IMG/VR virus record: IMGVR_UViG_3300045988_086891
DNA: 17,046 bases
Reading direction: 5' to 3' (one strand)
DNA from: a virus
Part shown: in pieces, positions 1 through 6,020 of the stretch
How positions within the stretch are numbered: position 1 is the stretch's first letter
Layout: each line of letters begins with the position of its first letter
Program-made: the position numbers and the translations under genes
The notes under the pieces: model-generated
Database searches by the model: none
The model's input: only the letters and a program-made list of their open reading frames with translations
Told to the model about the DNA's origin: nothing

Positions 1-55
1 CACAATTTGTTTACATTTTGGTCATACGCTGTTCACAACTGGCCTATATAATGTA
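1..55 (+). repeat. Terminal 55-nt element, copy 1 (candidate replication origin and/or promoter; TATAAT at 47..52)
   Basis: cacaatttgtttacattttggtcatacgctgttcacaactggcctatataatgta recurs identically at 194..248. The TATAAT lies 3 nt before the GGGG that opens the 122-nt repeat unit. I could not place a -35 at 16-18 nt spacing. Confidence 0.8.
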
Positions 56-177
56 GGGGTCGTTTCGAAAGTCGAGATTTTTGGTACATCCCATGCACTT
101 CACAGTGGTACAGTGTTAGCACGTCAGCGTGGTACAGTGAGTGCGCGAAGTTAGTTGTGTCTAACTTAGTACCATAG
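56..177 (+). repeat. GC-rich 122-nt repeat unit A (candidate structured ncRNA or protein-binding array)
   Basis: ggggtcgtttcgaaagtcgag...cttagtaccatag, about 58/122 G+C by hand count in a visibly AT-rich genome. Contains no credible ORF. Near-identical copy at 1016..1137, a deletion derivative at 1138..1197 and a mirror copy at 16870..16991. Predicted helices: tggtac(83-88)/gtacca(169-174), gcact-t-cac/gtgagtgc, and hairpin aagttag-ttgtgt-ctaactt. Confidence 0.85.
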
Positions 178-193
178 TACTATATAAAATGTT

Positions 194-248
194 CACAATT
201 TGTTTACATTTTGGTCATACGCTGTTCACAACTGGCCTATATAATGTA
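194..248 (+). repeat. Terminal 55-nt element, internal direct copy 2 (TATAAT at 240..245), upstream of the 300..623 CDS
   Basis: 55/55 identity with 1..55. Preceded by atgtt and followed by c (the terminal copy is followed by g). Confidence 0.9.
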
Positions 249-299
249 CTTAAAGATAAAGGAAAGGGGTACTCAACGAGGGTATCAAAGGTATATAGT

Positions 300-623
300 A
301 TGAAGCAATATATAAATTTGAATAATGAGATTTTTGAGGTCAAAAAAGTAAAGGGTGAATTGTACCCTATTCGAGAAGTGCGCGGTTTAGGTGATTGTTA
401 TAATAAACCTAGTAGGACAAAACACGAAATTTATAACGAATGGCTGAAATGGTATAAAATAGCTAATATGAATGAAGCAAATTATGCGTTTAGGCATTTT
501 ACAATAAACAGTTATAATTGTATGATGTTTACATTATCAATAGATGTATATGATTCTTCAACTGATAAATTTATAGGCCAGTTATATATCACAAAAACAA
601 GACAAGAGTTTTGGACTATTTAA
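300..623 (+). CDS. Hypothetical protein, ITR-encoded (107 aa from MKQYINLNN...)
   Basis: ORF 189..623 in the track. I prefer the ATG at 300 because aaagg lies 8 nt upstream, and because the first 20 codons of the long version are just the 55-nt terminal element read through. I recognise no family. Confidence 0.6.
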   Translation: MKQYINLNNEIFEVKKVKGELYPIREVRGLGDCYNKPSRTKHEIYNEWLKWYKIANMNEANYAFRHFTINSYNCMMFTLSIDVYDSSTDKFIGQLYITKTRQEFWTI

Positions 624-725
624 AATAGTCGAGTCGGTGCAACTCCGACTTCCTTGTATAGCTGATAGCAGTATCAGCAAGTAACAATCAAACAAGCACA
701 AAAAAAAGAAACGGAGACAAAAACT

Positions 726-1007
726 ATGAGAAAAGAAAAAATGATTACACGTACAATTGTAACTACAAACGCTGACATTATGGCATTTAACTTTGATACT
801 AACGAGGTTATAACTTTAAACGAGTCTTATATTGGTGATTTAAGCGATAAAGAAATTGAAAAGCAGTTTACAATAGATTATAGCAATAGTGCTAAATTCT
901 TAAAACTTGTAAACGCTGAGAAAACATCAAAATTGTATGGTATTTCAGAAAAAGATTTTTTGGAATATGCTGTAGAGCTTGACGAAAACAGAAAAGAGCT
1001 GAAATAA
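726..1007 (+). CDS. Putative phi29 p6-like histone-like dsDNA-binding protein, ITR-encoded paralogue
   Basis: 93 aa, with GGAG 10 nt upstream. Clearly homologous to 13824..14132 (shared MRKxxM[IV]TRTI[IV][ST]T and [KE]LYG[IM]xExDF). From memory these segments resemble phi29 p6 (..REITKTTVNVAKMV.. and ..EVYELPVEKFLEVA..). Confidence 0.7.
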   Translation: MRKEKMITRTIVTTNADIMAFNFDTNEVITLNESYIGDLSDKEIEKQFTIDYSNSAKFLKLVNAEKTSKLYGISEKDFLEYAVELDENRKELK

Positions 1008-1015
1008 TATGATAT

Positions 1016-1137
1016 GGGGTCGTTTCGAAAGTCGAGATTTTTGGTACATCTCATGCACTTCATAGTGGTACAGTGTTAGCACGTCAGCGTAGTACCGTAA
1101 GTGCGCGAAGTTAGTTGTATCTAACTTAGTACCATAG
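1016..1137 (+). repeat. 122-nt repeat unit B (left end only, just outside the ITR)
   Basis: Same length as unit A with roughly 8 substitutions (for example cccatg to ctcatg, cacagtgg to catagtgg, cgtggtacagtgag to cgtagtaccgtaag, ttgtgt to ttgtat). It starts at the first base after the ITR. Confidence 0.9.
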
Positions 1138-1197
1138 GGGGTCGTTTCAAACGTCGAGAAAATCGGTACATCCCATGCACTTCACAGTGGTACCATG
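1138..1197 (+). repeat. Repeat unit C, internally deleted copy in tandem with unit B
   Basis: ggggtcgtttcaaacgtcgagaaaatcggtacatcccatgcacttcacagtggtac joins directly to catg. This resembles the unit end gtaccatag, so it looks like a deletion between two GTAC motifs. Confidence 0.75.
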
Positions 1198-1200
1198 AAC

Positions 1201-1241
1201 ATAAAAATGGAGTGATATGTGTTTTAACATATTACTCCATT
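1201..1241 (-). terminator. Rho-independent terminator of the late operon
   Basis: 15-bp stem (1206-1220 / 1227-1241, one G.U on the - strand RNA), 6-nt loop, then TTTTTAT on the - strand. It lies 7 nt after the stop of the appendage gene. Confidence 0.8.
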
Positions 1242-1247
1242 TGTAAA

Positions 1248-2759
1248 TTATAAATAGAATATATCTAATTTATTTAAATCATTTGCTTTTTGAATTATAC
1301 TTATTTTATTATCATTAATTTTTACTTTTGTAGTACCAACCATAGTTAGATATGTTGTGTGCAAAGGTACAGTTTCAAAGTAGTATAACACAGCATTATC
1401 TGTTTGTAATTCTGTACTTCTTAATACAATTTTTTTTAAAGAATATGGTAATGTAAGTTCATTTTTTATTTCTGTAATTGTACCTAATAATTTATTAAAA
1501 TTAACATTAATAAAATTGTATATAATTGTGTTATTGTACTCCCAGTTTAAAGTATTGGAAGTATAAATATTAGTTGCATGAGTATCGTTAATTGAACCAT
1601 TAATATAGTTATGCAACCCACTACCTCTTATTAGTGTATCAATATAATAATTATCCGTGCTATCATATAAGTAGTTAATAATGTTATATGCTCCGTCAAT
1701 TGTCATTAGTAAGCCACTATGGTCAGTAACTGGTTTACTTGTATCAAAATTATAGTAAGTACCTGCGTGACTGTATGAAAGATTGTTAATGGCATTGTTA
1801 TTACCAACAATATATAACCCAACACAAAACTCTTGTATATCAAAGTTACTGATCATATTTCTACTGCCAGTTAAAGATAACGCAGTTAATGATATTTCAA
1901 AACACTTACTATTTGTGAGCAAATTATTATTATATAATGTAATACCACTTTTGCAAAATGATACTAATATGTCATTAAAATTATTGTCAGTACCAATACA
2001 ATTTAATGCTTTATCGCACCAACTAATTTTACATTCATTTAATACACAGCTTCTACTTGAATTGGACATATTAATACCAGTTTGAAAATAATATATTTCA
2101 ACATTTATTATTGTATTTCTACTATCAGCGCCGTCACCCTTTTCATAATTTAAATTTATTCCATAACTAGGTTTAGTGAAAATACTGGTATTAATTCTAC
2201 CTTTTATTCCTATATTTTTAATTTCATTATTTTTACCAGTAATGTTAAAAATACTTGCATTACCATTTGACGTTATAGTAGTGTTTGTTATGCCACATCC
2301 TATAATAGTTTTATCATCTGTTATTTCTATTGTCTCTGAAATTAAATAAATGCCACTAGGAAAAATAACAGCTTTTCCCGAAGATAAAGCATTCTTAATA
2401 AATACTGTATCATCATGTATGCCGTCACCTTTAGCGCCATACATTTGTGGTGTAACATAAAAGTTAAAATATTTTTGAAATATTAATGTTAATTCACCAC
2501 TTTTTACCATTTCGTCAAGCTTCTTATTAATTTCTTCCTGCACATCAAGATTTTTAAAATAGTTGTCAACATAAGTTTTAAGTGTATTAAATGCACTTTG
2601 TAGTTCATCAAAGTTTTCACTTAATTTATTAACATTTTCCATTGTTTTATTCAAGTAATCGACAACTTTACACAATAACTCATAATAACTTAAGCTATCA
2701 TCATATACCAATGGTAATACCTTTTGACACCAAAATCTAAATGGTCTTAAATCGTTCAT
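1248..2759 (-). CDS. Pre-neck appendage / tail fibre receptor-binding protein with a right-handed beta-helix (pectate-lyase-like) domain
   Basis: The YGAKGDGIHDDTVFIKNALSSGKAVIFPSGIYLI motif is typical of Pectate_lyase_3-type tailspikes. The N-terminal FWCQKVLPLVYDDSLSYYELLCKV anchor followed by a coiled coil is common in Firmicute phage fibres. Last gene of the structural operon, as phi29 gp12 is. GAGG RBS. Confidence 0.85.
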   Translation of the reverse strand: MNDLRPFRFWCQKVLPLVYDDSLSYYELLCKVVDYLNKTMENVNKLSENFDELQSAFNTLKTYVDNYFKNLDVQEEINKKLDEMVKSGELTLIFQKYFNFYVTPQMYGAKGDGIHDDTVFIKNALSSGKAVIFPSGIYLISETIEITDDKTIIGCGITNTTITSNGNASIFNITGKNNEIKNIGIKGRINTSIFTKPSYGINLNYEKGDGADSRNTIINVEIYYFQTGINMSNSSRSCVLNECKISWCDKALNCIGTDNNFNDILVSFCKSGITLYNNNLLTNSKCFEISLTALSLTGSRNMISNFDIQEFCVGLYIVGNNNAINNLSYSHAGTYYNFDTSKPVTDHSGLLMTIDGAYNIINYLYDSTDNYYIDTLIRGSGLHNYINGSINDTHATNIYTSNTLNWEYNNTIIYNFINVNFNKLLGTITEIKNELTLPYSLKKIVLRSTELQTDNAVLYYFETVPLHTTYLTMVGTTKVKINDNKISIIQKANDLNKLDIFYL

Positions 2760-2777
2760 TTTTACCTCGCTTTCCTT

Positions 2778-3551
2778 TTACCATAAAGTAAAGAAACAAT
2801 CACTACAATCCTCAATAATCATCATATCAATATTGAGAAAAGTCTCTCTAAATTTTTTTAATAAACTGCTATAATTTTCTGTTCCTTGTTTGCCTTTTAC
2901 TGTTTCAATATATTTATCAGTACTATTAATATTTTCTGTACCATTTCCAGTTTTACTATCATCCCTTGTCAACGTATCTGTACTTGTATTAGTAGTCGTA
3001 TTATCTTCATTAACCTTAGTAACTGTAGTTAAAGGTACACTATCAGCAATTCCCTGTGTGTCCATACTATTTTGTGGAGTATCACTAAATCTATTCAAAG
3101 TATTAGTATTACTTGTACCACTTCCACTACTAACATTTTTACTTGTACCGCTATTAGTTTCTCTATTATTACTTGTCCTATTACTTGTACCGCTACCCTC
3201 TCTACTCCTAGTCAAATCCACATCATAAAAAGGATTAAACTCAAGCAACTCGCTTTTATACAACTGATTGTAATAAGGCATAATCTCATTGAGCTTAGCA
3301 TTTAATGCAAGCTTCCACCTGCCTACAGTCTCATGCGCAATCTCTCTTGTATAATAATGTTTCAATATCTTCCTGCACAAAACCTGTCTATAGTTTTCAT
3401 CAAAGATAGGAAAGTCAAAATTAAAAATTTTATTCCAACACCTATCTAAAATACTATCAACATTGTATGCACCCTCACTCTTACTCAAGCCTGCACTATT
3501 TTCACAAATAAATCGTACCTCTGTTGTATACTTACTCACTATTCTCACCAC
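2778..3551 (-). CDS. Lower collar protein (phi29 gp11-like)
   Basis: Lies directly after the portal gene. The N-terminal SKYTTEVRFICE...FDFPIFDENYR...LKHYYTREI pattern is typical of lower collar proteins. The start is non-ATG: GTG at 3551, or GTG at 3539 preceded by ggtggtgag. Confidence 0.8.
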   Translation of the reverse strand: MVRIVSKYTTEVRFICENSAGLSKSEGAYNVDSILDRCWNKIFNFDFPIFDENYRQVLCRKILKHYYTREIAHETVGRWKLALNAKLNEIMPYYNQLYKSELLEFNPFYDVDLTRSREGSGTSNRTSNNRETNSGTSKNVSSGSGTSNTNTLNRFSDTPQNSMDTQGIADSVPLTTVTKVNEDNTTTNTSTDTLTRDDSKTGNGTENINSTDKYIETVKGKQGTENYSSLLKKFRETFLNIDMMIIEDCSDCFFTLW

Positions 3552-4428
3552 CTTTGCCTACGTCAGTTTCATTACTCAAATCTGCTTTATCAACATCATA
3601 AGTATCAAGCACCTGCATGTCCTCTCTATAATCAACACTAATGTTTAATCCAAACATTTTGTTAATCTGCTCACAGGCCTGCTGTCTCATAAACAATCTT
3701 GAATACCTACTAGCAATAGTGCCACCTAAGTTTCTTTGTACTTCATCAGTTATCATTCTTTCTTTCTTTATAGTATTAACATTACTAATACCTAAGTAAG
3801 TTAGCGCTTCATTCCAGTATTGAGTCTTTAACTCATACAGTTTATCGGCAACGTATGGACTTGTTGTATCAAGCGTTTTAATACCGCTTAAGTCTAAGTT
3901 TTTATCACCAAAAATGAATGGTTCATTACCCATATACTGTGCATACAGATTTTTCATCACCAATCTCTGATTTTCAGTACAAGTGATAATCTTAGGTGTT
4001 TTCTGCTGTATAATGTTTACGTCAATAGTTCTCTGTATTTCATACAGCCTTTTACTCATTTCCTGCACATCAAGTATGCTGTTAGTGTGTAACATGTTAT
4101 TAAAAATAATAACACTGTTACTAGGGTCAAGTTTCATTTGATAACCATTTTGTGCAAATGCTGTTCTAGTAATAGGTATTCTGTAAACATCAAGAGCGCC
4201 GCCAATAATAACTTGTAAACCTAAATAACCCATGACTTCATCTTTAAAAAATACTGCCATTCCATCATTGAAAAGTGCTAGTTCTAAGAACCTTGCGTCA
4301 ATAGTATCAGGTAAGTTCTTCCAGTCAAACATTGATATGCTTAATTCTGTTAGTCTATTAACATACTGTAGATATGTTCGCTGATTTTGTAAGAAAGCTT
4401 CGTCCTGCGCTTTTCTTCCTTTTCTCAT
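3532..4428 (-). CDS. Portal / upper collar connector protein (phi29 gp10-like)
   Basis: FDWKNLPDTIDARFLE, QKTPKIITCTENQRL..NLYAQYMGNEPFIF and KKERMITDEV align by eye with phi29 gp10 (FEWENLPPTINPSFLE, QKTPVLIRANDNNQL..QVYNQYEGNAPVIF, KKERMVTDEV). RBS agaggtgag. Confidence 0.95.
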   Translation of the reverse strand: MRKGRKAQDEAFLQNQRTYLQYVNRLTELSISMFDWKNLPDTIDARFLELALFNDGMAVFFKDEVMGYLGLQVIIGGALDVYRIPITRTAFAQNGYQMKLDPSNSVIIFNNMLHTNSILDVQEMSKRLYEIQRTIDVNIIQQKTPKIITCTENQRLVMKNLYAQYMGNEPFIFGDKNLDLSGIKTLDTTSPYVADKLYELKTQYWNEALTYLGISNVNTIKKERMITDEVQRNLGGTIASRYSRLFMRQQACEQINKMFGLNISVDYREDMQVLDTYDVDKADLSNETDVGKGGENSE

Positions 4429-4443
4429 TGTCTCACCTCTTTT

Positions 4444-5964
4444 CTAACTAGGACTGTTATCTAATGAATAGTTACCTATTTCACTAGCATTTTTCCAAAA
4501 TGTAATACCATTGTTAAATATATTTTTTATTTCAGTTATATCATTATTGTTACATTTATTTCCTATTATACAGCAATTCTGTGTTTTTGTGTAGTTCCAA
4601 TGTGGTCTACTCTTTATGTCCGGTACTTTTACTCTTTTAGTGGCATAGCCGTATTTGTCAAAATATTCATCAATAATATGAGCATATTGTGGTGTTACTT
4701 GCATTTGTTTAAAGTAAAAATCTTTGTTGCGTGTAGCAACATCAATTGAACCACTATTACTTCCTCTTGTCTGTGGCGGTTTACTGTATGCTAACATAGC
4801 ATCTATACCATTATCAACTAAACCAGTTGCACCACTTAATGCTAATTCCGGATTAAAACTACTCATCCCTGCAACAACTGTACCAGTATTTAACAAAGCT
4901 GACATAGTTAATTTACTAGCTGATTGAGCTAACCACGCTTTATAAGCATCAACAGACCATGCCACTTGTGGAAAATCACCCATAACTAATTTTTCTGAAT
5001 AATTACCTTCATCAACATTAGTACCATTATAACCCATAGGAACTAATGCTATTTGTGGATTTCCTACAACACTTCCGTATAAAGCAAAATCACAAGTATT
5101 TTTTACAAACCATTCATACCTATATATTGCAGAGTTATCGCAACAATCTACTGCTAAATAGTTAAAAGGGTATGTTAATAATTTTTTATTTTTTGGTGTA
5201 TAACCCCCAATTGTAGTGTTTTTTGCTACTACGTTTACTTGCACACTTGGCTGTGTAGTTGTTGTGTAAAAATCACTTGGCATTAAAAAAATATTTACAA
5301 TGCTATCTTGTTTGTTAGCTTGCGTTGCTGTATCTAAATAGGTTAATAGTGCTTGTACTTGTTCATCATTGTCTACTCTGCCTGCTATATAATCTACTCC
5401 ACTAAATAACCCGCCTTGATAGCCACCAGTTTTTGTGCCCTCTTTTGCAAAAGTTGTTGCTATTACTGCGCTATAGCTTGCAAAATGTCCACTTTTACTT
5501 ATAGCATTACAAACAATCGGCCCAGTATCAATATTTTCTGTTACGATATTACTGCCTGCATAATCAATACTGCTATGTTCTCTTTCAACAAAACTCTCTT
5601 TAAGAGTGCAGTCAAAAAGAAACCATGTCTGCATTACATCAATAGTAAAATATACATTGCTAACTTTATCGTTCACATACTCAATATTAGTAATAAAAGC
5701 ATAAAACCATTTACTGCCATAGTTAGTATTTTGAAACATCATATAATTACAATCATAAATACTTTCTGCATTAGCACTCATTCTCACAACACCCTGCTGT
5801 CCGTTAATTCTCTGAAAACTAGCTTTATCCATTGTCTTGCTAACTTTACTTTCAAAATAAGTTTTCTGCGCATCCCTGCTTGCAAAGTAAATAGTATCTT
5901 TATAACTGCTATCTATTGGTACACCACTGCATAATTTGATAATACTATTAGGTTGTATTTGCAT
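4444..5964 (-). CDS. Tail knob / distal tube protein (phi29 gp9-like)
   Basis: NYMMFQNTNYGSKWFYAFITNIEYVND..VYFTIDVMQTWF..ESFVEREH parallels phi29 gp9 SYIMFQNADYGNKWFYAFVTELEFKNS..VHFEIDVLQTWM..ESFIVREH. Confidence 0.93.
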   Translation of the reverse strand: MQIQPNSIIKLCSGVPIDSSYKDTIYFASRDAQKTYFESKVSKTMDKASFQRINGQQGVVRMSANAESIYDCNYMMFQNTNYGSKWFYAFITNIEYVNDKVSNVYFTIDVMQTWFLFDCTLKESFVEREHSSIDYAGSNIVTENIDTGPIVCNAISKSGHFASYSAVIATTFAKEGTKTGGYQGGLFSGVDYIAGRVDNDEQVQALLTYLDTATQANKQDSIVNIFLMPSDFYTTTTQPSVQVNVVAKNTTIGGYTPKNKKLLTYPFNYLAVDCCDNSAIYRYEWFVKNTCDFALYGSVVGNPQIALVPMGYNGTNVDEGNYSEKLVMGDFPQVAWSVDAYKAWLAQSASKLTMSALLNTGTVVAGMSSFNPELALSGATGLVDNGIDAMLAYSKPPQTRGSNSGSIDVATRNKDFYFKQMQVTPQYAHIIDEYFDKYGYATKRVKVPDIKSRPHWNYTKTQNCCIIGNKCNNNDITEIKNIFNNGITFWKNASEIGNYSLDNSPS

Positions 5965-5978
5965 ATCTTCACCGCCTT

Positions 5979-6009
5979 TAAAAGTAGGAGAGCAATTACA
6001 CTCTCCTAC
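5979..6009 (-). terminator. Intra-operon stem-loop terminator/attenuator after the capsid gene
   Basis: Perfect 9-bp stem gtaggagag/ctctcctac (5984-5992 / 6001-6009), 8-nt loop, then TTTTA on the - strand. It sits between the capsid stop (6021) and the tail knob start (5964). Confidence 0.6.
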
Positions 6010-6020
6010 TATATCTTATT

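Larger units (their letters stand above)
1..1015. repeat. Left inverted terminal repeat (ITR), 1015 bp, reverse complement of 16032..17046
   Basis: Compared by eye, bases 1-250, 601-725 and 961-1015 match the reverse complement of the right end exactly. The two enclosed ORFs have identical translations in the ORF track (189..623 = 16424..16858; 726..1007 = 16040..16321). Identity breaks at 1016 (g) versus 16031 (a, complement t). Confidence 0.95.

Noticed and set aside
189-299. N-terminal 37-codon extension of the ITR ORF (MFTICLHFGHTLFTTGLYNV...), and its mirror at 16748..16858
   Set aside because: The first codons are simply the 55-nt terminal element read in frame, and that element recurs in a non-coding context at the very genome end. 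The ATG at 189 has no RBS, whereas the ATG at 300 does.
1-1015. Terminal redundancy of a circularly permuted or circular genome (assembly wrap-around)
   Set aside because: The end copies are inverted, not direct, so they cannot arise from circular wrap-around. An amplification fold-back artefact remains formally possible and is listed as the refutation test for the ITR finding.
878-1063. 61-aa ORF antisense to the ITR p6-like gene, with its counterpart at 15930..16169
   Set aside because: It is embedded antisense in a well-supported gene, has a low-complexity FSS-rich product and no RBS, and extends into repeat unit B. It is an artefact of AT-rich sequence.
56-1197. CRISPR array or tRNA explanation for the GGGG-initiated repeats
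   Set aside because: The units are 122 nt, far longer than CRISPR repeats, and lack regular short spacers: copies are either 838 nt apart or directly abutting. There is no cloverleaf, anticodon arm or tRNA length.
1783-2085. + strand ORF antisense to the appendage gene, plus 3463..3648 and 15681..15881
   Set aside because: They are antisense to supported CDSs and lack RBSs. They are chance open frames in AT-rich DNA.
2890-3305. ORFs 2890..3228 and 3072..3305 (+), L/V/S-rich or T/S/I-rich products
   Set aside because: They are antisense to the low-complexity S/T/N segment of the lower collar gene. The open frames are a by-product of the repeated codons.
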